A stretch of 64,000 nt of DNA, taken from Yuukianura sp. NJ FZ-2021. Lineage: Eukaryota. The notes under the pieces are model-generated. The model saw nothing but the letters and a program-made list of their open reading frames with translations. It searched no databases and was not told the DNA's origin. Made by a program: the position numbers and the translations under genes. This document shows, in pieces, positions 15,001 through 26,893 of the stretch. The DNA lies in NCBI GenBank assembly GCA_046563655.1, contig CM102286.1:9672001-9736000 (forward strand). The letters run 5' to 3'. Within the stretch, counting starts at the first letter, position 1. Each line of letters starts with the position of its first letter.

Positions 15001-18000
15001 AACAGCAGTGAATTTACTTTGGGTTTTACTCACTTCACTTCACTCAACTACAAGTTATGCATTGCGTCATCAATGAAAATTGCATAACCATTTCATCATG
15101 TACTACCCATGCGCGTAATCCATACTGTTTCAATGTGTAACCCACTTACGAGGATGCCGATGCACCATATCAAAGCATTTTACCCGCTAACTTTTGCGCA
15201 TGTTCTTTTTAGGCATTAAAAACATGCAGTTTGCACGCTCGGCTTACAATGACTTCAAATTCAGCACCGATACCGTATTAGATTCATACGAAAACTCAAC
15301 GCGCGTTGCAAAAACATTGTTTTTGGCAACCTGGGTTACTTAACAGAAGTGAAGATGAGTCATAGGCACAAGCTCAAAAGTGTGGTGTTTTGGTTCCAAT
15401 CTTTGTGGTTATGTGGTTGTGTATAAACACATAACCTGTGCATAGTGCTTTGAATTTTAAACGTCTACTAAAAATTGCATTCTGGAGAGAGAGGGATCGG
15501 CTTTAGAACATCCCAGAACTTTCTGGAATCTTTTTCCAAAGCGCCAATATGCAAAGTCGTAAAGCGAACGTTCGTTGATTTCTGATGCAACCATTTGTTT
15601 GACATGAATCTAGGACGTCCAACAAAAAATTCCTATAAAATACATGTTCCAGTTTCATTTGCGGCTCAAATGTAACCTACACCTCATTACGAGATTAACT
15701 CTGTTTGAAGAAAAGATTCTTCTCTTTAGTTTTTAATTTTTTGGTGAAGGCGTTAACTTTTACAAACTTGAAATGAGTGAACCCGTGACCTTCGTCTTGA
15801 CCCTTCTATTTTTCGTTTTTGGTTTCTGTTCTCTCTTCCAATGGTGCAAAGGGAGGAAGATGAGGATGTCGATTCTGGAACGAAATGGAATTCCAGGACC
15901 AAAACCGAATTTGATATCCGGAAATTATAATGACTACGACTCCATGTCGAATGTCATTTGGGATTCGCACCTTGTCGAAACGTAAGTTATGCATTCGAAT
16001 TTCTGGTATCGCGTTCTGTACCAAAAACTGAAAAATCCATTAAAATTAATTAACAAAATGTAATATAATAAAATTAAAAACCACATTGTGTGTTATGGTT
16101 GTTATGCAATGCAATGCCGATTTTTTAAAAATACTTTCAAAAACCTAAATATTGCTTTATATGACGTATATATTAATATATTTTAATATATTTTAGATAT
16201 GGTCTAGTATGCGGTTACTATCTTGGAGCAAAGGCAGTTGTACTCGTTGCAGATCCAGCGTTGCTAAAGAAAATTCAGCGAGAAGATGGACGGGAGTTTT
16301 TGGAAAGACCAAGACGCGTTCCCGGCGGAATCAATCCCGATCCATTACGGGCCAAAATGTTGGGAAATCTTCCTGTTCCCGAATGGAACAAACTTCGTAA
16401 AACGATTTCACCAATATTTAATTCCGTCAGTCTCAAGGAAGTTGTTGCACCAATTGAATTCCTCGTGGACAAGATGATTGCTTCAATTCCGGAGGGGTCA
16501 GAGGTCAATTTGTACGAAAAGTTCAAATGTCTCACATTGGACATTATTGGCAAAACGGCTTTTGGACTGGACACGAACATTTTGGAAAATCCTAACGACC
16601 CATTCAAGGCTGCAGTTGCAGCTGAATTTACGAAATCGACGAGTGACGTCCTTGTACGGTCATGCTTGTACTTTCCAGAAGTTGCTGGGATCATTCGTAG
16701 ATACCGAATTCAAATGCAAAAGGTAAAGGAAAAATTGGGATGGTCCGCACCTTCCCCCCTGTGGAACCAAGGTCGCAGAGCTCTTGACCTTCGACGTTGT
16801 GACCTAGGCCAAGGTCACCAAAGACATGACCTCCTTCAACATCTTCTCAACGCTCAACTCCAAAACGATGAAATTGTTGCCAACTCCGTTTTGTTTTTTG
16901 AAGCGGCATACGAAACTCTGAGCAGCGGCCTAGCCTTTACGCTTCATGCGATTGTCAACCACCGCGAAGTGCAAGATCAAATTCAAGAAGAGGTCAAGGA
17001 CTACTTGGATCAATTTGGGCACTTCGACACGCGAGTTATGGATGAGCTTCCATACATGGACCGTGTTATTAAGGAATCCCTTCGAATGTATCCTCCACAA
17101 ACGACATTCATCGGGCGGTAGGTTCAAAATTTCCAAAAATTTGCTTTAAAAAACCGCCATTATACAAACAGCAGTTACCGAAACCAACAACTCGAAGAGT
17201 CAATACGCGACAAGGTCACGCGTAAGGTTAATCACTCGTTTTGAAGTCTGTAAAAGTTAACGTCTTCACCAAAATAGTGAAAACAGCTTTGAAAAAACCG
17301 TGGGTTTTTTCACATCTTTTTTTTTCTTTTTTAAAACATGGTTAATGTCGTAATTTGCTGTTAGCTTTCATTTTTAAATTCTAAAAATTGGCAATAAATT
17401 GGCAAAAACAAAAACAACGACTGCTTATTGCTTATTGCTTTTATTTTTACGTCTGTGGAGGTTTGTGTTACAATTGAGCGTTGCAGTGTAGATTTTGTAT
17501 TCCTTCCTCTTGTTTTTCTTTAAAACATGCCAATTTTTGGCACAAGGAAAGTTTTGTTTTTCTAGTAACACTGTGTAGTAGTTTCTATTGTTGTTTTGTA
17601 GAGCCTCGGAACAGGATTACGTTTACAAAAATTCGGATGGAGTTGAAATTTGTATTCCCAAAGGAACACACATCCAAGCCGCTTTGTTCCAAATCCATCA
17701 TTCCGAGTCGAATTGGAGTGATCCAGAGACTTTCAATCCAGATCGATTTCTTGATGCCGAGTTATCCAAATGCGACTTCTATCAACCATTTGGTAAAGGT
17801 CGAAGACAATGCATTGGAGAACGTAAGCCACATAAAGTTGAAAGTCTCAAACAAAATTTCAGAAATAACGATTTCACCTATGAATTAAACCTAATTTGAA
17901 ATCGTTAAATATAGGGTTTGCCAATTTGGTTCTAAAAATGGTTTTGGCAAAACTTTTTACCCGTTTCACTTTTCAACCATGTGGACTGACAGAGGAATTT

Positions 18001-21000
18001 GGACGTGTTAAAATCCACTACAAAACGGCTACAATGAGTCCTATGAACGGGTGCTGGGCTACGACAGCCGCCGCCGCTTAAGCCTAAGGCACACATGCAG
18101 CTTAGTCTTTATCAGAACAGTTGAGTAACAAATTCGCAATGAGTTTAAAATATAAACGCGTCAGGAGCAAATTCAAAACATGTAAAAAGCTTTCCTTGTG
18201 TATGTTTAGGATGTCAAGCTGCAACTTTTTGAATTGACAACACGCGGAGTTTACTAATCACGGTAATTTTTTGGCTTTTATCTGACGGTGATCAAGAATG
18301 GGGAGATCTCTACTCAGCTCATCAGTTTAAAGTATTTTAATTTGTGATATGACGTACCTCAAATTAGAATATTTTATACACATTTCATATTACTTTAATT
18401 CATTTCTCTCGTCAATTCAAATAAATTCTTCTACCCCCGCTCCACTTTCTCCCACACTACCGTTTTTTTGTGTAAGGTCAATTTGAGCAAAGAATTTTGC
18501 TCCTTGAAAAAGAGTCTTGTGTGGACTCGGTTTGACTATGACAATTGGAAGGCAGGAGGAAGGTGAGATATCGAGTAGCCATTTGAGCATCTCCTTCGTC
18601 CAAATTGAATTACGAAACCAAATGGGGACTCCATCAATTTCAATTGAGAAAAAGCACAAAGGCGTGAAGGTGGAGCACAGTTTTTCCTTCTGGGTTTCTA
18701 GTTTTCTAGTGTCTTCCGTTCCAAGCTTCCTTTATTGATTTCCAAAGACAGAGACGTAGGTAAATATTTGTGCCGGATGCTTTCTCTCCTTCTTCTGTCT
18801 CGACTTTCTCCTGGACTCTACCGAAACTTCCTGGAAGGGATCTTAGACTTGGCACTTTCCGCTTGTTTGCTTTGTAGGTTCACACCACAAGGAAATGAGC
18901 AAAGACTCATCTCGACGCAATCCGCAAGTAAAGGAGAAAGTCAACATTTCTTTACTTCAAAATGAACATCATCCAGCCCACAACTCAAAAAACCTAATCA
19001 CGCCCTTCAATCTTGTTCGACAGAAAAAAAAACACTTCAAACCTCCAATAAACCATCATCAGTTCTGCCCAAAAGCCGTCAAATTTTTAACGCGCATGCT
19101 CGTCTTTTTGAGGTTTTAAAATGATCGCTTTTCATAATTTAGAGAATTCGTTAAGTTTCTAGCACGTGAAAGTTATTTTGAAAACGGTTGTTCCAGGAGA
19201 AAGGCGGAAAGTTACAAAGTGGATAATTCTAGGTTTCGCTTCCACGCAGGGAAAAAGGGGTTTGTTGGTTTTCGGATTTCCTAAAAAACGACTCTCTCGT
19301 TGGGTTTCACTTGAAGAGTTTCTTGGTTCTGAATTAACTTCAATTGTTTTTCGTTTCACAGCACGACACTTTCTACTTGATGATTGTTTCATCAGAGATG
19401 GACGCCATGTTTCAAATATTATTTTTCCATGTAACATCGTCTAAAAATATCACAATTAAATTAGTTTCCTACATCCTCGTCTTTCTCATCTTCTAGGAAG
19501 CTGGTGTAACTAAAGCTAAGAAAAGTCATTAATTTTTTGTGGATGTGTAGAGTGCTATACAGCAGCAAAAAGGGCATTTTTGTGTCGATATTGTAGAAAA
19601 TATTGCAATAGCACTGTTTTTGACGAGAAATTGTTCAATTGAGGAACAATAAACATCCTCTCTAGTATATTCAATTTTGAAGAAGTTTGAATGATTTCAT
19701 GCAAGGTTGCTATAGCAACCAATCTACAACCAGTCTACAAGAGGTTATCCAGTACCTCATTGTTTCCAAAAATCTTACTCCAAACAAATTTCTGCACCAA
19801 TTCTGCACCAAGCCCATTTGCATCACATGCAAAAAAATTACCATGGAAAGTCAAAATTTTTTGTTCAAACAAATTTTAAAAGTTCCGGTTACTGGACAAC
19901 CTGATGTAGAAAAAGTGTTTTTTTATTTTGGTTTACGAACCTTGATTTCATGTCTCTGTGTTTTCTTCTAAGAAGTTGCAACTTTTACATAGTTCAGTAA
20001 GTGCAAGGTTTTGGGATTTGGTGAAAGTAACTTTTTTCTTGGCTAGAGGTGTACAGTATTGTGTTGTGTCTTGAGGAAGAAAAGTTTCTGCTGCATTGTT
20101 CTGTGAAGTTGATGCCGATGGCTGAGCCTGTCAGAGTTCAATTTTCCCACAACAAAGTATCAATTTAAGCTAGACTTTGAGTTGGAAAAGATCTTAAAAG
20201 CCTTTTCATTTTCCCCGCGAGAAAAATAGGGAAAACATCAATGGAATTGTTTCTTTTTGAGCCTCTTTCCTTAAGGATTTTCCATTTCTCCGGGTTGAAT
20301 TCGCATTAATTTAAGTCCATTTCCTTCCAACAGATCCATTTGATTCTGGAAATCCAGCGGAGGTAAAGCACCCTTGTTTTCTCCAGACCCGGTTCCCACT
20401 CTAAACCATCAGTCCATCAGCTTCTCAAAACAGAAATACAATACGGCTCAAGGGTCCCAATATCTTCTAATGAACAGATCAATTTCTCCGAACTGTTTGG
20501 AACACTATGGTCCAGAACCATGAAATATTTCACTTTCACTTTCTGCTTTCCTAATGATTTTCATGGATCCCAAGATTGACATTGAGGAATCGCTCGACAC
20601 TTCTTTCACAACTCAACTCAACGATTCAAAGTTATCGAAATTTGAATTTATTCAAAAAAACATTTCGAGTCATACAAGTGGAACTGGTCTAAAAATTCAA
20701 ATTGACAAACCCTAAAGAATGTCTGTTTTGTTAAAATAGTAAATCCTCTAATGCAAGCGCGCGCTTATAAGAATTTTTCCAGTTTTGAGAGGCGCTTCTA
20801 TTAGAGTGACGTTTTAATACCGGAATAAATAAATTAAAACTATAAATTATTTAAGTGCTTATTGCCGAAATAATTTATAGTAAGCATTAATAAATGAAGT
20901 TAAACGTGTTTATGGATTCATCTCTTCGCTTAAGCCGCTCCCTGTTTAGGTTATTTTGTTCGTGCATTAATAAAGTCAACCAGTTTTGACAAAGGTGATA

Positions 21001-24000
21001 ATAAAGAAACTAAAAATCCGATTCAATAATCATATGATTAATTAAATTTGAGGTGACCGGCACATATATTTTATCGTTTGTTTAACCCAGGGGAAGATTT
21101 GTTTCCGATGTACTATGACAAAGTGGGGAGCGGCACCGTCCGTAGTACGTTTGGAAGAATATTCGATCACTTGTAACTTAAAGCTAAGGTCAAACGATCT
21201 GGCTTTTAGTTTCCCATTTAAAATTACCCCCATGGTTACTGTTGGATTTGAAGACAAACAGGTAGTGACAGGATGTTAATCTAGAATCCGAGAATTCACT
21301 TCTAAATTTAAGTTAAATTGGAAATATATACCGCGCTTATATCTCATTTTCACTCGCCGGAACCGCGCTTGCATTAGAGTCTGCGCTTCTATTAGAATGC
21401 GCGCTTGCATTAGAGGATTTACGTAGCAAGAAAAACGAAAAAAAAAAAGCTAAACCCGACGGTAGTTTAAGAACAAAAAAAAAACAGCATATTTCGTCTC
21501 GCTTTTTTTCAAACCGGCACTTCAACGTACACGCGATATCTGGACTTTGGAACAGGCGGCTATCAAATTTGACGTTTTAAGCATTTTAGACTTAATTAAA
21601 TTAATTTTTGAAACCCTGTTTTACAAACTTGATTACTTATTTGGAAAGAAGTATTTGATTCCAATTTATCGTAAGATTAAGTACCGTATGTTCCAGAATA
21701 ATGCTTTTCTTTGAACATGGCTTGCTTAATCCCGCATTTAAATATCGTAAACACTGTTGTCACGAAATCCCATGAAAAAACATTTTCGTTTTCTTTTGCT
21801 ACGATAATCAATATCTCTCCGTGTGCCTTTGTTATTATTATGACTTTTCATGCGAGATGGTGAGGCGGATAAGAAGGAAAATGAAATACTTTCTCCGTAA
21901 CAGGGAACCGTATATCTTACTTTTAATTTAAGACGTCGCACTCTCTCCATTGAATTTCCCTCCAACTCGTCACTTTTTCCTTGCGCTTGGAGTTTAACAC
22001 ATGAAGAAAAAACCTTGCACCTCGAATTTTGAATTTCTGCGGAAAAGCCGAAGAGGAAAAGCGAAATTTTGAATTGGACAAAAGAAATACGACGTGTAAA
22101 GGACTGGAGCTCACACAATGGGAATAAGAGGAAAATGGTTCTTTTCCCCTAATTTCCTTCCTAAATCCCTGCTGAGAAATATGTCATTCCCAGTTAGGGA
22201 GCACATTTGAATCATTTCTTTTCGGAATATACACGCTCTCAAACATTCAGATACCGTAAAAAATAATATAAATAAATATAAAACGTAAAAAGTAAAAGTC
22301 GGAGTGTGACATGGAAGTGTTGGCAATAGAAATGGAGTACAAGAGTGGTAGACTTGTTCATTAAATTTTAAAACTGGTGAAAGTTATGGTCACCTTCTTT
22401 CTTTCCCTCACTCCAACTTGCCGTGTGAAATTTTGCATTTCATTCATCAAGGCCTTGGTTCGGTAGTTACTTCCTAGAAAAACCAGCACGTTGCGTGGAA
22501 AGTGAGAAAGAATGTAGGAACGCTATCAGTTACATTTTAGTGGTAGTGAAAGTCACTCAACAGTAAAAAGGAAATAGAGGCACAAGAATTGTGGCAAAAA
22601 GATTACTATAAGTAGTTAGAAACTGTAAAGTGATAAATTTTTCAAATTGATTAAAACGTCAACTTCGAGTTTGAAACTTTCCCAAAAAAATACAAAACGT
22701 TTTTGCATTTTTTCTTGTCACAGAAGTAGCGACCTGTCAGACAGAAACAAATGGATAAAATCCTCTGGAAGGGTCAAGTCTGGGAGGTGGTCAACCGGAT
22801 TTTGGTCTTTTGTCTTCCTACTGTCTTCTTTTCTTGAACTTTTTCAAGAATTTTCCTTTCCTATTCTTTACTGCATGCTTTCTCCAAAACGCTTAAGATG
22901 AGAAATGGTTTGGTGAAAATGAAACTCCTATTGATTTTTGTCACTACAGCTCCATCCGAGCCTCTCAAGTATTTACGAACAACCGTAATCTACTGTCACA
23001 CGGCGCCACTATTTCATTCAGCTAAACCGGAAAATTGTATCACCAGTGTTTTTCAGCTTCCAAATTTATTAATTCACAAAATCTATTTTTCCGTTAAAAG
23101 AAACATAACATCAATAAACAAACCAAACTTACATATAGCGTGGATGCGCCATTGGTTTTCAAATGCAATTGGTTCAAATGAAAAGGTTCAAACGAATTGG
23201 TTCAATAGAACAATGTGGCCAATAGGCGAATTTGTTCAAGAGTCAATTTGTTCAAAACTTATTATAGGTGAGAAAAACCACTTGGCTAAACTTGGTTAAA
23301 AGACTAAGCAACTTAAACAGGTCTAAATAAACTTGGCTGTCCAGGCTGCACCCATTCATGTAAAAACTAGGATGTGTATATTTGTACCCGCCATAATCTA
23401 AAGCAATACTTACCTAGTCGCAATCAAATAGGGTCCGGATTCAAACCAGGAAAATTAACTGTTTGATTTAGTGAATCCAATTTTATCTTCCTGCGCCGAA
23501 GCGAAGGCTCGCTGTTAGTTTATCAAATTCTCAATAGTGATTATTTCTGTTTGGTTTATGTTTCTTCAACCTGTTTTTTAATTTGACTGCTTTTTGAATC
23601 AATTTGTCTATTGAACCAATTGGTCTTTTGTACTACTAACTTTTGAACTTAATTTGTTTGGAACATTTCCATTTGAACCACCAGTTGTATTTGAACCAAT
23701 TAATTTGAACCAATGCATTGAGCCCATCAACCTGGCCTAGTACTGTTAAAATTTTTCTAAAATATTAAATCTATGTACAACAAAAAGCATATTTTGTGGC
23801 TTGAAGTTGAAGTACTTGGATTAAGGTAGGCGGGCCCAGTTTCAAAGGAGTTAATCAACAACGAATATTTTTAGACGCTCTACAGTATACTAAAAATACA
23901 ACTACAATATAATAAGTTTCGCCTTGTTTTTCCGTTTTCAAAATTACCGCACCTTGATTTGTGGGTTGGTATGGGCGTTCAGATCATTTCCTTTTACAAC

Positions 24001-26316
24001 TTTTTTGTTAATGCTGTTAGTGTAAGGAGAAAGGTGAAAACCGCAGCGTCGGTTTAAGGCTTTCACTGGATCGCTTTTATGTTCCCTTCCAGCGGAGCAG
24101 TATTTCACAGCGGAAGTTTGGGAGGGTGCTGTGATGGGTGCGTCCTCCAGAATTTACGCGCCAAGGAAATGTGTCAGTCAAATCCAAAGAGACTTGGGGT
24201 CCTACGAACATGGTTTTCTTCCATATTTATTATGTGATAAACCTTTCAATTCTTCTGGGAAATTCAATTCCCCAAATTTCAAAAAAGGCTTCATCCTGTT
24301 AACCAGGACTTTCAAAAAAACGGGTTCAAGAATTTAAAATGAAAAAAAAATTAAACGGACAATCCAATTTCTTATTGAAATTTTATATTCACAAGCAGAT
24401 TTCCTTTGCAATTTCAAATTTGCACAAAGTTTTTTTTTTCAGATGAAAATAAAATCTGCTTTGCGCATAAATTTAGAACTGTAATTTAAAAAAAGAGTTC
24501 ATTTTGTTTTGTGTACTTTGACTACTTTGCGCCTTAACACCGCCATGTAAGTTTCCAATTATTGTGAAAACCAATCTGAGCACAAAGTAAATGCAGTAAA
24601 ACAGTTTAAAAAAGGTTCGTAAAGCTTATTTTTCTGTAGTCTATGTTCGGTGGTAACTGTGTTCCTAAACTCCAGTTTTGTTTGTGAAATGTATCCCCAA
24701 TGATTACTGAAAAAGAAGCAATTTATTTCAATTTATTGTACACGCCTTTCGGTTCTACACACACGTATCTTCTACATGGTCCAAAGGAACCAGAATTGAC
24801 TGTCTGAAACAGTTCTAGAAAAGCAAGAAAACCATTTTGATTCCCTCTGGGACAACAACCATATCCTATCTCACACCACTCCCAAAAGCACCACAAAATT
24901 ATAAGGTTTCAACCTGGACTTTCTCCAATTTACACACTTTCTCCAGGTTACACACATTCTGTTTTCTTCAATTTACACGCCTGTGCTTTGAATCGTAGCC
25001 AAACTGGTATTGGAGCAAACATAAACATAACTCCCACTTCTGATTTTCAAATTTGAATTTGGGGGTTTAACATATCTGTGCACAATTTGTAGGAGTACTT
25101 GGAAATTGGTTGCGGAAGGCGTTATAGTGTGTTCTGGTGAAAGTCGATGAGGGAGAATGGAATTGCATCACAATTGACTTCTTAAGAAGCATGAACAAAA
25201 TTTTCTTTTTCCTCTTTTAGGCGTACGACGACCAAACTTCCATGCGGCGTGCCGCATAAAGAAATCGCACGCGGCAGATAAAAAAGCGTAGCTTAGACTT
25301 GTGCACCGTCTTGTCTCAATCAAACGAGCATCTGTGTGAGAATCACGTACAGATGACGTCTTCATATTTTCTGCCTCCTGCTGCCACTACTCCCAAGCAA
25401 AAGGAATCAACGAAAGTGAAAATTCTACTTTCAAGTGGCACTTAACCACCACGGGAACATCAAACGAATATGCTATCACAACGTCACATACCTTTGCTTA
25501 TCCTAGAGATAATACTCACAAAAAACAATATTTATCGGCGAGATTTGGAGAAAATTAAAACCAAAGTTTTGCATTTTTGGGGCATTCCAAAATGACGAAT
25601 TTTTGAAATTTTTAGAAGGTCGAGGTCAAACTCTCCTGCTATCAATGAAATTCAGTAAGAAAACCTTTTGGAATTTCTGAGAGTGACATGGAACGCGAGT
25701 TTGTTCGAAAATATTCTAGTAGTATGTTAGATGCTCCGTTTCAATTTGGGAACAAAGGTCAGTCTAGAACTGGGAAAACTGTGAAAAGAGGAAAAGTTTG
25801 ACGTGGAGCTGTCTCATGAATTTTTAAAAGACTTCTTGTCTTTGTGAGTGAAGTTATTACAAAGTGAGATCCTGCTGACCTTTGACCTGCTCGAGCAGTG
25901 TTCTGTTCATGCTCCACTTCTTTGACAAGGTCCACTGGCGCACTTCTTCGAAACAATTTTATAAGAGAACTTTCATAACTTTGAAGGGAAAAAATATTGT
26001 TCACAAAATCTCTCGAGATTCACGAAAATATTCTGTAGCTCAATCTTTTCTCCCCAAAGTTTGATTCCTGTGAGGCCTAAGGGGGTCAGGAGGTCAAACA
26101 AAAAGGTGGCAGCATAAAGTTGCCAGGAAAAACTTAAGAATCGCTTTATATTTATGAGGAAATGCGGCGTGTTTAGATAATTTTGGGGTTGATATTGTTT
26201 ATAGTTGAAGGTTTCGATAGTATTTTAAAAAATAATCGTTACATTAACTTACCGGCAAGGGTGACAAAGAAGAGGGCAAGTGCAGCAACTTCGATTCGCG
26301 TGGCAAACCTATTCAT
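1..26316 (-). CDS. Beat (beaten path)-like Ig-superfamily cell-surface protein, two Ig domains; 3' end runs off the window
   Basis: Phase-consistent GT-AG exons: 26316-26253 (signal peptide MNRFATRIEVAALALFFVTLA, phase 1); 9978-9613 (V-type Ig: VTLDCDY, LVLQWYFN, PVYQWIP, SGKYLCRVST); 3280-3148 (VNVSCWATGVFPEP); 876-707 (FDCELTIPNTDY); optional 599-570; 78-1 (hydrophobic tail GDGAGHGAAFGSSTLVGILSVSVFLL). Linking the first exon across 16 kb is inferred from phase and signal-peptide continuity. Confidence 0.8.
2721..2914. mobile_element. Degenerate small MITE, TA-flanked (pogo/Tc1-like)
   Basis: Imperfect terminal inverted repeats GTAGAACCTCTCTTTAGTCCACTCG / CTGGGTGGACTAAACACAGTTTCTAC with TA on both sides; inner arms also partly complementary. 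Confidence 0.4.
13748..15335 (-). mobile_element. Non-autonomous CACTA/EnSpm (CMC) DNA transposon derivative with a decayed accessory-gene remnant
   Basis: TIRs CCCAGGTTGCCAAAACACAATG (13748) / CATTGTTTTTGGCAACCTGGG (ends 15335) with TT on both sides; CCC ends and a 2-bp TSD are typical of animal CACTA. Internal - strand spliced remnant 14880-14679 plus 14599-~14380 reads MTRKNFSVVF/FYEENRYSVIPSTWL..AS*P..W..YPIQFLESY|DSYDKACKK, with frameshifts and a stop. It resembles the N-terminus of DUF4806-type CACTA accessory proteins. Confidence 0.7.
15634..15640 (+). promoter_or_regulatory. Candidate TATA box of the P450 gene
   Basis: TATAAAA about 135 bp upstream of the P450 ATG (15773). Confidence 0.45.
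15773..18081 (+). CDS. Cytochrome P450, probably CYP3 clan; 4 exons, 505 aa
   Basis: Exons 15773-15981, 16197-17117, 17602-17822, 17915-18081 total 1518 nt in frame. Motifs: N-terminal anchor + GIPGPKP, LTLDIIGKTAFG, I-helix FFEAAYETL, K-helix KESLRMYP, FNPDRF, heme loop FGKGRRQCIGERFA. Confidence 0.95.
20739..21423 (-). mobile_element. Internally deleted pogo/Tigger-like DNA transposon
   Basis: TIRs GTAAATCCTCTAATGCAAGCGCGC / GCGCGCTTGCATTAGAGGATTTACG, flanked by TA. Internal ORF 21042-21257 (-) has RSFDLSFKLQVIEY..AAPHF....IFPWVKQ, a Brinker-type/pogo N-terminal HTH. Confidence 0.75.
23142..23732. mobile_element. Foldback MITE with subterminal ATTGGTTCAA repeats (copy 1); boundaries approximate
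   Basis: Left arm has repeated (A)TTGGTTCAA and right arm repeated TTGAACCAAT. The core AAGCAATAC..TACCTAGTC..CTGTTTGATTT is shared with 32087-32550. Confidence 0.55.
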
Positions 26317-26893
26317 CTTTTTCTTTTCGTGTTTTCTTTTTCCCTGTTTTGTTTGTAAGTGTCACTCGTGTTGAAAGGTTCTCAAGTTACCGTTACAGCA
26401 TAATTGGATGTAGACTACAACACACACTGTCCACTTCTCAATGTTAATTGTCTAAAAGTATCCAGAAATGTCAATGTCGTGGAAAGTTGTTTTCTTTTAG
26501 AAAGAAAGGTGATGTTGCGTTTACAACATTTTGTAAAAGATTATTCATTTAGTACTAATAAATGAGTTCTTAATAATGTTGAAGAGTTTAATGCTTTCGA
26601 AACTATTCTATTATGCTTAGGTTCTTAGAACAGTTATTAAACGGTGAAACCGGCGAAAGCGAAAACAGGAGGACAAATTTCGTGCGACTTTCTCCAGCGG
26701 CAGCGATTTGAACACTGCTATGTTGGAATCGATGCCATAGCGTAGAAAGGCTGTGTACTTGACTAGCACCTAACCAAATGCCGTCGTTCCACTACAACAC
26801 TATGGGGAAACAATAACATTAACAACATCAAAGGAAAAATGTACAGTGCAATTACTTTACTTATTATAAAACTTAGAAGAGAAACATCAATTT

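Noticed and set aside
19530..19971. Cys/His-rich stretches resembling a RING finger
   Set aside because: Ligand spacing incomplete and no supporting exon structure.
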